Assembly (NCBI GenBank): GCA_963764165.1
Contig: CAVXRD010000004.1
Span: 1-64,000 of the forward strand
Source: an uncultured Verrucomicrobiae bacterium
GTDB taxonomy: Bacteria > Verrucomicrobiota > Verrucomicrobiia > Limisphaerales > Palsa-1400
DNA length: 64,000 nt
Direction of reading: 5' to 3'
Shown: positions 29,136 through 38,931 of the stretch, piece after piece
Numbering within the stretch: position 1 is the stretch's first letter
Layout: each line of letters opens with the position of its first letter
Position numbers and translations under genes: made by a program
Notes under the pieces: model-generated
Databases searched by the model: none
What the model was told of the DNA's origin: nothing
Seen by the model: the letters and a program-made list of their open reading frames with translations, nothing else

Positions 29136-30388
29136 ATGCGGGCCAAGGACAACCGGAATCTCACGCCAGCGAGTTAAATGGAGCAGAACCGATGCTGCGA
29201 GCCAACAGCTCGTCGGTTCTGCGGTCGAATTGCGACGGGTCTGGCAATAGCGAAGGGCCGGGGGCGGAGCGGCGCGAAGCGCCGCCCGCCTCCGGCCTTC
29301 CTTGTCATAATAGCAATAGCTGCATTGAAACTAATAGTTTTAAGCCTGAACTGCTCTCTCCCTATCGCAAGAAAAGCCGTCATCGGCTTATTATGGCAAT
29401 CGAAGGAATGGTCAAAAAGCGCGGTGTTAACCATGTCGGACTGCTGACTCTTTCCTTCGGCGTTCCGGGCAGCGGCAAATACTCGGAAGAAACGCGGGAA
29501 TTGCGGGAGCAGGCCAAAGATTTGGATTTCGTCCAGGCGCGTTGGCATTCCTTCGCGTCCAACGTCATCGCCAAGCGTTACGAGGATTGGATTTGTGTCC
29601 TGGAACCGCACAAAGATAGCGTCTGGCATCTGCATGTGGTGGTGTCCACTAAAGCCGACATTCGGACGGGCACGGATATTGAAACACTGTCAAACTATAA
29701 ACTGCCCTACTGGCAACGGCGCGGGAAACATCTGCGCAACGAAGCGTTGGCAGCGGAATGGCGGGCATTGCGCGAAACCTGCTGCAAGTATCGTTTCGGA
29801 CGGGCAGAACTGCTGCCGATTAAGAAAACCGGTGAAACACTCGCTAGGTATGTGGCCGGATACTTGACAAAGTCGTATGGGCGGGTCCCGTGCGGTCGCA
29901 AAAATCGTCTGGTGCGATATTCCCGGAATCTGAGCCAAAAGATCACAATGCGTTTCTCTCCGCATACCTTGGGCAACCTGATTCACCGGACCCGGCTCAA
30001 GCTGGCGGCGTCCATGTTACATTTCGAGGTGTACGGCGACTTTGCTGATTATTTCGGGGCAAGATGGCACTATTATTTGGGTGACATTATCGCCTCTATC
30101 CCGGTGCCGTTGCTGTTTGCCAAAGACCAGTTTGAAAACGGAGCTGCGGCAAGGTTGCTAAACGAATTTGCGGCAAACCCGTATTCGTATTTGGATGAGA
30201 CGGCACGCAGAAAAATGGATACAGCGCATGCAGGTTTGCTGCGGAAATTCGGGGAAATGGCGTTTGATGAATCGGCTCAAGCGCGATTCCAGGAATTCGC
30301 GCGGACTAAAGCGAATGACGTGGAGGTTCCAGTATTACAGTCGAAGTGTGAAATCGATTTGTTCGAGGCAGCAAAGGGGCCATTGTGA
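29132..30388 (+). CDS. Rolling-circle replication initiator (HUH endonuclease)
   Basis: Motif I LLTLSF, motif II WHLHVVV, motif III YVAGYLTK (YxxxYxxK); start uncertain. Confidence 0.8.
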   Translation: MNAGQGQPESHASELNGAEPMLRANSSSVLRSNCDGSGNSEGPGAERREAPPASGLPCHNSNSCIETNSFKPELLSPYRKKSRHRLIMAIEGMVKKRGVNHVGLLTLSFGVPGSGKYSEETRELREQAKDLDFVQARWHSFASNVIAKRYEDWICVLEPHKDSVWHLHVVVSTKADIRTGTDIETLSNYKLPYWQRRGKHLRNEALAAEWRALRETCCKYRFGRAELLPIKKTGETLARYVAGYLTKSYGRVPCGRKNRLVRYSRNLSQKITMRFSPHTLGNLIHRTRLKLAASMLHFEVYGDFADYFGARWHYYLGDIIASIPVPLLFAKDQFENGAAARLLNEFAANPYSYLDETARRKMDTAHAGLLRKFGEMAFDESAQARFQEFARTKANDVEVPVLQSKCEIDLFEAAKGPL

Positions 30389-30477
30389 CGGAAAAAAGCT
30401 TGACAAAAAGCTTGATAGCAGGTCGGTTGGATATACTCTCCTATAAGAAATCGGGCAATTAACGCGAAAGGATAATT

Positions 30478-31317
30478 ATGTCATATTCAGCAGAAATTAG
30501 CAGGCTTAATCCGTCGTGCTTTGTTTTTCTAATTGACCAATCGACCTCTATGGGCGACCCGTTCGGCACGGGTGAAGGAAATCAGAAGAAGGCGGATGCG
30601 TTGGCAGATGTGATTAATAAATTACTTCAGAACTTGGTAATCAAGTGCGCCAAAGAGGAAGGTCCCCGTGACTATTTCCATGTGGGGGTAATCGGGTATG
30701 GAGCGAAGGTTGGTCCCGCTTTCAGCGGGTCGCTCGCTGGGCAGCAACTCGCCCCCATCAGCCAAATTGGAAATTGTCCTGCGCGTATTGATCAGCGTAC
30801 GAAAAAAATTTCCGATGGAGCCGGGGGATTGGTCGATCAGCCTGTACGGTTCCCCGTTTGGTTCGAGCCAACAGCAAACGGAGGCACTCCAATGTGTCAG
30901 GCTTTGGCTTTGGCAAAGTCGATTGTCGAAGGATGGCTGGCGCAGCACAGCGGATGCTTTCCTCCAATTGTCATCAATATAACGGATGGGGAATCGACAG
31001 ACGGTGATCCTTCGGCGATTGCGGGCGAGATTAGAAAGTTGAGTAGCACCGACGGGGAGGTGTTGTTGTTTAACGTTCACCTGTCTTCCACCAAGGCCGC
31101 TTCTATCGAATACCCAAGCAGTGACGCCACCCTCCCAGATCGCATCGCTCAGCAGTTATTTAGTATTTCAAGCGTTATGCCTGCCTACATGTTGAGTATT
31201 GCGAAGAAAGAGGGGCTGAATGTCGATGAAGGCAGCCGGGGATTTGTTTTTAATGCGGATTTGGTCGCAGTAATCAAGTTTCTGGACATTGGAACACGAC
31301 CGAATGCGTTGCGATAA
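30478..31317 (+). CDS. vWA domain protein (TerY-like)
   Basis: MIDAS FLIDQSTSM, GGTPMCQAL, INITDGE; RBS AAGGA. Confidence 0.88.
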   Translation: MSYSAEISRLNPSCFVFLIDQSTSMGDPFGTGEGNQKKADALADVINKLLQNLVIKCAKEEGPRDYFHVGVIGYGAKVGPAFSGSLAGQQLAPISQIGNCPARIDQRTKKISDGAGGLVDQPVRFPVWFEPTANGGTPMCQALALAKSIVEGWLAQHSGCFPPIVINITDGESTDGDPSAIAGEIRKLSSTDGEVLLFNVHLSSTKAASIEYPSSDATLPDRIAQQLFSISSVMPAYMLSIAKKEGLNVDEGSRGFVFNADLVAVIKFLDIGTRPNALR

Positions 31318-31332
31318 TCCGCAAAGATTACC

Positions 31333-32106
31333 ATGCATGTCCATGCGGAAGCATTTTGGCTGCCGAAGGGCGGCTCAAGTGAATCGGAATACGAAGACGC
31401 TTTTGCCCCGCCAGCACTCAGGAGGCCGCAAGATTTTACCGTAAATCCCCTGCGATTTGCGGTGGCAGATGGTGCGACGGAAGCGTTGTTTTCTCGGCAG
31501 TGGGCGACACAACTTGTTCGTGCGTTCGTGAATGGGGGCCTGGGTTATTGTTTGACGGAGGACGATCTGAACCCTCTGCGCGAGCGATGGTCTCATTGCA
31601 TTCACCGACACCAACTGCCTTGGTATCACGAAGAAAAGGCTGCGCAAGGGGCGTTTGCCTCGTTGTTGGGGCTTGAGTTTTTTGAAAAAGAGTCAAGCAG
31701 GACAGAGTCTCTATGCTGGAGGGCTGTTGCAATTGGGGATAGTTGCCTGTTCCATGTTGCGCAGGGCAATTTGTCGCTGGCTTGGCCGATTGGGAATTCT
31801 TCGGAATTTGGAAATACGCCGACGCTAATTTGTAGCAAAGCCGGGATAAAGAGCGGTAGAGATAGGACGGCCATTCAATTCACGGAAGGGATTTGTGGAC
31901 AAGATAGCGCATTTTATCTGATGACAGACGCATTGTCCTGCTGGTTTCTGCGTGAGCAGGAGCGCGGGAACGAGCCGTGGCGCACCTTGGCTGATTTGGG
32001 CACGAAATCAGCCGCCTCATTCGACGAACTGGTGAAACGACTTAGGATGGACAGGCAGATGAAAAATGACGACGTGACTCTTGTGAGAGTGGATATTCAT
32101 GGATGA
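31333..32106 (+). CDS. PP2C-like phosphatase (TerY-P type)
   Basis: EYEDA, FAVADGATE, IGDSCLF, LMTDAL, NDDVTL. Confidence 0.85.
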   Translation: MHVHAEAFWLPKGGSSESEYEDAFAPPALRRPQDFTVNPLRFAVADGATEALFSRQWATQLVRAFVNGGLGYCLTEDDLNPLRERWSHCIHRHQLPWYHEEKAAQGAFASLLGLEFFEKESSRTESLCWRAVAIGDSCLFHVAQGNLSLAWPIGNSSEFGNTPTLICSKAGIKSGRDRTAIQFTEGICGQDSAFYLMTDALSCWFLREQERGNEPWRTLADLGTKSAASFDELVKRLRMDRQMKNDDVTLVRVDIHG

Positions 32107-34379
32107 GGTCACGTATGCCTTGGCCAACCCCGCAAGACTACAACGAAGCAGTCCAAAATCCCAACTTGGCTTTTACCGATGCAGAATTGCGGTCAGGCCA
32201 GCCAGAACTTAATCAGCTTGGACTCCCTCGCCCAATAAGTGGCGGCTTCGCTTGCGTTTATAGGATTCAGTGCCCTTCGCGAGTGTGGGCGGCGCGTTGT
32301 TTTATGTCTGAAACGACGGACCAGCAGGAGCGATATGCAGCAATTGAATGTCATCTCTCGAAGTTGAATTTACCTTATACAGTACGGTTTGGTTATCAAA
32401 CGCAGGGCATAAAGGTTAAAGGCCAGGGGTACCCCCTCTTAAAAATGGAATGGGTTAAAGGAGTATCGCTGAGTTCCTTCGTTGCCAGCAACCTAAGCAA
32501 TCCAGCCGCTCTTCGATCACTCGCAGACAAATGGATGCAGATGCTCAAAGCGTTGCATGGGGTTGGAATATCCCACGGAGACTTGCAACACGGAAATGTC
32601 CTTGTCGTTGGTGGAGAATTACGACTCATCGATTATGACGGCATGTTCGTGCCAGAACTCAATGGCCGATTTAGTAATGAGGTTGGTCACAGAAATTACC
32701 AGCATCCCCATCGCACGAATATTGACTTTGGCCCTTATCTTGACAATTTCGCTGGCTGGGCCATCTACGCAACCTTGGTCGCACTAAGTGAGCAACCGGA
32801 CCTTTGGCATCGCCACAATGGTGGCGATGAATGTCTTCTATTTCGTCGCGCAGATTTTGAGCAGCCGCACGTATCTGCGGTTTTTCGGGATTTGACCCGG
32901 TCTAGTAATGCAAATGTAAGAGTGCTTGGCGAATTTCTGGCACGGCTCTCGGTATTGTCTATACTGGATGTGCCCGATTTAGATGTTAAGTATGAAACTT
33001 CGGCTGCTAGCACGATTGTCAACCAGGACACTGCCACTGCAGACGGATGGTGGACGGATTACATTCAGGATTCTGGCAGTCCAATGGAAGGCGCAGTTCT
33101 TGTGCGCCAAGAGACGCCGGACGTTCAGTGGATCATCGACGGGGTTGCTTCGAGTCAGCCCTTGGCACCAGCGAACTTTCTAGGATCATTCCGGGGCATA
33201 CGAATACTGCTGGGAACTTCAGTTATTGCGGTTCTAGTGACTGGATTCGGAGTAGAACTGCCTGCCGTCTCATTTATTGAGCTTAGCACGGGTGTCCTTG
33301 GCTTGTTAGCGTTGTATGCATTCATTCAATTCCGACGCGACCCAATATTAACAGAATGTAAGGCGTTTCAAAATTCATTGAGCGATTTAAGCACAGACGT
33401 CGGTAAAAAGCGTTCCGAGCGGAAGAGGTTGGAAGAAGCACGGAATGAAGTGTTAGACCGGATGAATGCCGCGCAAGCTGAGTGGACAGGATTGCGACGG
33501 GAACTAGACGTTGATTTGCAGAAAGAGGTAGAGGATTTACAAACGCGGGCTGGTTTTACGAGGCGCTCGTTCGATGAACGTAGGAGGGCGATTGCAGACC
33601 GCGAGGGTTCAGAGTTGCGAGTTGTTCAGGCTGCCGTATCTGACAGAATTGCAGCGTTGGACCGGCAAATTTCGGGCCTCTCTAGCAAGATAACTGACGA
33701 AAAGGAGCGTACTTTGCGTTCGCTGCGCGAGGGCCATGTCAAAATGGCTTTGTTGCGTTATCCGATTAAAAATAGCTCAATCCAAGGCATCGGACAAGCG
33801 TATGTGGAGAGACTTGCCGATTATGGTTTTTTTACGGCAGCCGATCTAAACCGCAGCGGACTCGCGGGCGTGCCCGGAATAGGCCCAAAGCGTTTGTCGG
33901 CGTTGACAAAATGGCGAGACTCTCTAAAGCAGCACGCAGAGGCAACGGCACCAGCAGCCCTGCCTTACGCGGATGCTACTCGAATCGAAGCATCGTTCGG
34001 CTCCGAACGAAGGAGCCTGGTTTCCGAACGCAAAGGTTTGGAGGAACAGTCGCAGGCAGGAGCCGCTGCCGTGCGTTCCAAATACGCCGGGGAGCGGAGT
34101 TCTATCGAAAAAGACGAGCGTAATCATCGCGAGTCGATAATTCAGCATGAAGCAGTGTTACGAGACCGCCACCGAAGTAGGGCAGCGCAGCTTGATAAGG
34201 GAATTCGAGACCGGCGGGTTGCTGACCAAGCAAGCGTCTCGGTCTTGACAGAGAAGCTGCGTGAGTTTGATAAGAGCTTCGCTGCCTTGCAATGGCGATG
34301 GGCAAAGAAAGAGCGGGAAGGGCGTAGATACGCGGGATTGACTTTCTGGAACTTTTTACGAAAAGCTGTATGGCAGTAA
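32103..34379 (+). CDS. Ser/Thr protein kinase with TM segments, coiled coil and HhH-like motifs
   Basis: SGGFACVY, WAARCF, MEWV, HGDLQHGN, LIDYDG; two hydrophobic helices; heptad-rich region; IQGIGQ and VPGIGPK. Confidence 0.85.
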   Translation: MRSRMPWPTPQDYNEAVQNPNLAFTDAELRSGQPELNQLGLPRPISGGFACVYRIQCPSRVWAARCFMSETTDQQERYAAIECHLSKLNLPYTVRFGYQTQGIKVKGQGYPLLKMEWVKGVSLSSFVASNLSNPAALRSLADKWMQMLKALHGVGISHGDLQHGNVLVVGGELRLIDYDGMFVPELNGRFSNEVGHRNYQHPHRTNIDFGPYLDNFAGWAIYATLVALSEQPDLWHRHNGGDECLLFRRADFEQPHVSAVFRDLTRSSNANVRVLGEFLARLSVLSILDVPDLDVKYETSAASTIVNQDTATADGWWTDYIQDSGSPMEGAVLVRQETPDVQWIIDGVASSQPLAPANFLGSFRGIRILLGTSVIAVLVTGFGVELPAVSFIELSTGVLGLLALYAFIQFRRDPILTECKAFQNSLSDLSTDVGKKRSERKRLEEARNEVLDRMNAAQAEWTGLRRELDVDLQKEVEDLQTRAGFTRRSFDERRRAIADREGSELRVVQAAVSDRIAALDRQISGLSSKITDEKERTLRSLREGHVKMALLRYPIKNSSIQGIGQAYVERLADYGFFTAADLNRSGLAGVPGIGPKRLSALTKWRDSLKQHAEATAPAALPYADATRIEASFGSERRSLVSERKGLEEQSQAGAAAVRSKYAGERSSIEKDERNHRESIIQHEAVLRDRHRSRAAQLDKGIRDRRVADQASVSVLTEKLREFDKSFAALQWRWAKKEREGRRYAGLTFWNFLRKAVWQ

Positions 34380-34386
34380 ATTTTGT

Positions 34387-34719
34387 ATGGGTTGGAGATT
34401 TCGCAAAACTTTAGTCAGAGGCCCGTTTAGAGCTACGCTTTCCAAGCGCGGTATCGGTTGGAGTTGGGGAGTTCCTGGATTGCGATATGGTGTCTCGCCG
34501 ACGGGACGAAGGTATATTTCTGCTGGAATTCCTGGCACTGGCCTATGTTGGATTAAGTATTTTGATTCGCCAGCGAGCGGAATGCCCGCGCCTACAGCCG
34601 GATCACCTGCAACCCTCCCGCCTAAACCATCATTACCTTCAAATAGTTTAACACCATCCACCGCTGCCTCGAGCCCACCACCCGAACCTTGGTGGAAGCA
34701 AAAGGGACTGCGAGACTGA
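34387..34719 (+). CDS. DUF4236 domain protein
   Basis: MGWRFRK..GPFRATLSKRGIGWSWG..G..IPGTGL; Pro/Ser-rich tail. Confidence 0.8.
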   Translation: MGWRFRKTLVRGPFRATLSKRGIGWSWGVPGLRYGVSPTGRRYISAGIPGTGLCWIKYFDSPASGMPAPTAGSPATLPPKPSLPSNSLTPSTAASSPPPEPWWKQKGLRD

Positions 34720-34952
34720 TGTGATAAACTTGCGCAAGCCCTCCTTGGTGGTGGCGGCATTGACACCGGTGTTGCGAGGGCTATTGGGGCGCAATTCTGG
34801 TGTCAATGGCGACACGACCAGGCACTTGTCGGGGCGGAGCGTTCGCGTGTTGGCATTTGGCTTGGCCTTCCTGATTTGAGCAAGCCGGATGCCGACACGG
34901 GAATGCGCAGCGGGGTTCCGAGAGTCCCCTTCTTAGACCAGAGGATGTATTC

Positions 34953-34973
34953 TGTGCTAGTTTCTGTGCTAGT
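34953..34973 (+). promoter_or_regulatory. Arm-type integrase-binding repeats (right end)
   Basis: TGTGCTAGT at 34953-34961 and 34965-34973; same sequence and 12-bp spacing as at the left end. Confidence 0.7.
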
Positions 34974-35104
34974 TTCATGTTCGGGAATGCGTCATTTGAA
35001 ACACGAGTGGATACGGCCAAAAACTGATAAAACAATCACAGCATCAATGATTTATGCGGGTGACAAGCGACGTGGAAAAACGGTGTGAAATGAGTCAAAT
35101 TGGA

Positions 35105-35146
<42 letters not shown>

Positions 35147-35557
35147 TCAAAAATTGTGCGCCAGAAGCGTTTTCTCCGCAAGCATTATGCGTCTGTCCAC
35201 CCGCGGTCAATCTCCAATCCGGCAAGCACGATAGAATTGAGCCGGCGGATTCGAAGCCCGGTGAAGCATTGTTCGCTGCGACAGGTTGGTGGCAAATATG
35301 CTTGCTGCTGTTCACCCATCATTTGTGACGCAGGAATTCGCGCACGCAACCACGATGGAGCCCGGATACGCGCCAAGCGGTTGATTGGGGCGGGCGTCAG
35401 CGCCAGGGTGATGACATTGCTTCACGTTGGCCGGGCCAACCTTGCCGGACGATGGCGTAAGCGGTAGTCTTGCGTGATGCGATTGCTTCGGTATTCCAAC
35501 TCCGTTCATCCTGGCATGAGAAATCGTGTTGTGCCGCGAACTGCCCGTCTGCTTTCC

Positions 35558-37216
35558 ATGCAAAAATGGCTCCTCCTCGCGCTGGCATTTCCATGGGCGG
35601 TTCACTCCCAGGAAAATCAACTCGTCCGGAACGTGACGGCTTATGGCGCCAAGGGCGATGGCCGAACGCTTTGCACCGCTGCGATCAACCGCGCCGTCAG
35701 CGAATGCTCGGCGGCGGGCGGCGGAACGGTGGCCGTTCCGGCGGGCCATTTCCGATGCGGCTCCATCGAGTTGCTCGACAATGTTTCCCTGCGCCTGGAA
35801 GCGGGCGCGGTTCTGGAGGCCAGCACGAATTTAAGCGATTACGGCGCGCAACGGACTTCCGCCATTGGCGAGTCGCCGGGGGAAGGGCTGATCACCGCGC
35901 GCCACGCCAGCAATATCGCCATTGCCGGGCGGGGTGTAATCGAGGGGAACGGAATGTTTTTCGTCGACCCGGTCAAATTGAAACTGACGGAAGGAACGGA
36001 TTACGACAAGAAATACATCCGCCAGGGCGAGGACTACCTGAATCCAAAATATGGGACCAGCGATGGCCCGCTTGATCCCATCGAGCCGCGGCCCGGAAAC
36101 CTGGTTCGCTTTTTTGACTGCACCAATGTTCTCCTTTCCGGCGTGACGATTCAGAACTCTCCTCTTTGGACGGTGATGGCGGCCCGTTGCGAAAGAGTCA
36201 ACATTACAGGAGTCCTTATAAACAGTTTCGGCAGCGGGCGGCGCGTCCCGAACGATGACGGGATCGACCTGGTGGAATCGCGACTCATCCATATTAGCGA
36301 TTGCGACATCCAGAACGGCGACGACTGCATCGCGGTGCTTGGAAGCGAAAAGGTCACGGTGGCAAATTGCACCCTGTCTTCCCGCTCGACGGCGGTGCGG
36401 GTGGGTTTTGCGGGCAAAGACATCCGCGATTGCGTTTTTGCCAACCTGGTCATTCACGACAGCAATCGCGGCCTGGGTGTGTACGTGCGCGGGCGCGGAT
36501 CGGTGGAAAATGTGCTGTTTTCGGACATCGTCATCCGCACCCGGCTGATGACCGGGCATTGGTGGGGCAAGGCCGAGCCGATTCATATCTCCGCCATGTT
36601 GCGCGAGACAAACACGGAGCAGCTTGGCCAAATCAAAAACATCCGCTTCCGCGACATTATCGCGGAAAGCGAAGATGGAATTCTCATCCACGGCGCGCCG
36701 CAGAGCATTCTGCGCGATATCTCTTTCGACCACGTCAAAATCCGCGTACGGAACGGACCGCTGCACAAATCCTATGGCGGCAACTTTGATCTCCGTTCCA
36801 GCCGAGACCTGAAAACCGCCCTCTTTGCGCATGACATTCCGGCGTTCTATGGCCGTTACGTGGATGGAGTGGACATTCATGGATTGTCCGTTGAATGGGA
36901 CGATGGCTTGCCATCATTTTTCAGCAGCGCGGTTGAATTGGAGGACTTCAAAAACGTCGAGATCGACGGCCTGCGCGGCGGTCCCGCGCCGAACTCAGCC
37001 GAAAGGTCTGCCATCGCTTTGGCCCGAGGGTCTGTCGTTTCCCTCCGAAATTGCGTCGCCGCCGCCGGAACTGGCGCCTTTCTCTCCGCTGGTCCGGCGG
37101 TGGAAGGCGGGCTTTTTGTCAATAATGATTTGCGCCTCGCCCAAAAGGCCTTCGCCCCGAACCATCTTTCATTGCAGAGCGAAGGGAACCTGCTACCGGC
37201 CCCGGCCCATCCTTGA
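35558..37216 (+). CDS. Secreted glycoside hydrolase family 28 / pectin-lyase-fold protein
   Basis: Signal peptide; YGAKGDG, GGGTVAVPAG, PNDDGID, GDDCIA. Confidence 0.88.
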   Translation: MQKWLLLALAFPWAVHSQENQLVRNVTAYGAKGDGRTLCTAAINRAVSECSAAGGGTVAVPAGHFRCGSIELLDNVSLRLEAGAVLEASTNLSDYGAQRTSAIGESPGEGLITARHASNIAIAGRGVIEGNGMFFVDPVKLKLTEGTDYDKKYIRQGEDYLNPKYGTSDGPLDPIEPRPGNLVRFFDCTNVLLSGVTIQNSPLWTVMAARCERVNITGVLINSFGSGRRVPNDDGIDLVESRLIHISDCDIQNGDDCIAVLGSEKVTVANCTLSSRSTAVRVGFAGKDIRDCVFANLVIHDSNRGLGVYVRGRGSVENVLFSDIVIRTRLMTGHWWGKAEPIHISAMLRETNTEQLGQIKNIRFRDIIAESEDGILIHGAPQSILRDISFDHVKIRVRNGPLHKSYGGNFDLRSSRDLKTALFAHDIPAFYGRYVDGVDIHGLSVEWDDGLPSFFSSAVELEDFKNVEIDGLRGGPAPNSAERSAIALARGSVVSLRNCVAAAGTGAFLSAGPAVEGGLFVNNDLRLAQKAFAPNHLSLQSEGNLLPAPAHP

Positions 37217-37493
37217 GTCGCCATGCCGGCAATGTCACGCATGACCCTGCCTTGTTCCGCCGCAATCAAAGATGTGAGTTTTTGGACATCTGCCTGGCGG
37301 GCCGCCAGCAAGGCGGTCAGGGTTTGCCGACCTTGGGTGGTGGCTTGACAGCGGAGGCGCCGGAGGCTTCTGTGTCAATCTGCGGCTCTCTTGCCTGGCG
37401 GAAGGCTCCAGAATTCCCGCATGTTTATGCGGTAGTTGCGACGCGCCAGCTTCGATAGGATTGTCAGCATTGACACACGCGACTCAAATTAGA

Positions 37494-38921
37494 ATGAACT
37501 GCTTTGGCCTGCTCCTCTCCAGTTTGCTGGCCGGAGCGATTCTTGCCCCGCCATCGCATGCGAGAGCCGAGGATCTTTCGAAAGTCCCGGCCCGGACAGT
37601 GCCGGCGTGGCTGCGTGATGGCGTGCTCTACGAACTTTTTCCGCGCGATTTCTCGTCCACCGCCGACCTCAACGGCGTTACCGCGCGGCTGGATGAATTG
37701 AAGGATCTGGGAGTCACGATCATTTGGACCATGCCGATCCATCCCATCGGCGAGAAGTTCCGCAAAGGTGAATTCGGCAGCCCCTATTCCATCAAGGATT
37801 ACTACGCGGTCGATCCCCATTACGGCACGGTGGAAGATTACAAACGCCTGGTGGCGGAGGCGCACAAGCGGGGCCTGAAAGTCATCATGGATTTAGTGGC
37901 CAATCACACGGCCTGGGACAGCGTTATGATGGGGCACCCGGAGTATTATAAGCATGATGCGCAAGGCCGCGTCATCCCGCCCGTGCCCGAGTGGACGGAT
38001 GTCGCGGGCCTCGACTACAAAAACCCGCAGCTTCGCGAATACATGATCGGCATGATGAAGCATTGGGTGCAAACCTGCGATATAGACGGCTTCCGCTGCG
38101 ACGTGGCTTCGATGGTCCCGACGGATTTCTGGGAATCCGCCCGGGCGCAATTGGAGAGCGTCAAGCCGGACATCATAATGCTGGCGGAAGCAAGCAAGCC
38201 TGATTTGATGACAAATGCGTTCGATATCGATTACGCGTGGCCGATGATGGCGACGTTGAATGACGTGATGATTCGCGGCGCGGCGGCTTCCCGCATTCAC
38301 GAATCGTGGGAGGAAAGCGCCCGGCAATTTCCGCATGACACACTGCACATGCGCGTAACCGATGATCATGATGAATCGCGGGCCATTTCGCGATTTGGCG
38401 CCCAGGGCGCCCTGGCCGCGTCAGTTTTGATGTTCACGCTCGATGGCGTTCCGCTTCTTTACAACGGCATGGAAGTCGGCGACGCCACGGAATCCGGCGA
38501 CCCCGCTTTATTTGACAAGCTTCCGATTTTCTGGTCGCCCAAGGATCGCCCGCCGTTGCGGAAGATTTACACCTCGCTCATTCGCCTGCGCAAGGAGAAC
38601 GCCCCGTTCCGAAACAGCCAGGTCGCGTGGCTGCGCAATTCCGACGAAAACGATGTCGTGACCTTCAAGCGCGCCGACGAGAATTCCGAATTTGTTGTTG
38701 TCATTAATCTTTCCAATCGCCCGTCCCAAGGCCGCATAGACGGAATCACTGGCGGGAATTTCAACCCTGTCGGCGTCGCGGGAATGCCGAAGGCGGGGCA
38801 CGACGATTTTCCGAACTTCCATTTGGGGAGTTTCGAATGGCGCATCTACAAGAGCAGCATCTCTCCCACCGAACGCACCGCCGCCGCCGGAAGAGCCAGC
38901 GCGATTGAGGCTGTCCACTGA
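37494..38921 (+). CDS. Alpha-amylase family (GH13) glycosidase
   Basis: GSPYSIKDYY, MDLVANHT, IDGFRCDVA, LAEA, DDHD. Confidence 0.92.
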   Translation: MNCFGLLLSSLLAGAILAPPSHARAEDLSKVPARTVPAWLRDGVLYELFPRDFSSTADLNGVTARLDELKDLGVTIIWTMPIHPIGEKFRKGEFGSPYSIKDYYAVDPHYGTVEDYKRLVAEAHKRGLKVIMDLVANHTAWDSVMMGHPEYYKHDAQGRVIPPVPEWTDVAGLDYKNPQLREYMIGMMKHWVQTCDIDGFRCDVASMVPTDFWESARAQLESVKPDIIMLAEASKPDLMTNAFDIDYAWPMMATLNDVMIRGAAASRIHESWEESARQFPHDTLHMRVTDDHDESRAISRFGAQGALAASVLMFTLDGVPLLYNGMEVGDATESGDPALFDKLPIFWSPKDRPPLRKIYTSLIRLRKENAPFRNSQVAWLRNSDENDVVTFKRADENSEFVVVINLSNRPSQGRIDGITGGNFNPVGVAGMPKAGHDDFPNFHLGSFEWRIYKSSISPTERTAAAGRASAIEAVH

Positions 38922-38931
38922 ACCGCTTCGT

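Noticed and set aside
35184..35210. Native tRNA-Phe promoter (minus strand TTGACC...CATAAT)
   Set aside because: Spacer is only 15 bp; plausible but not supportable as a feature
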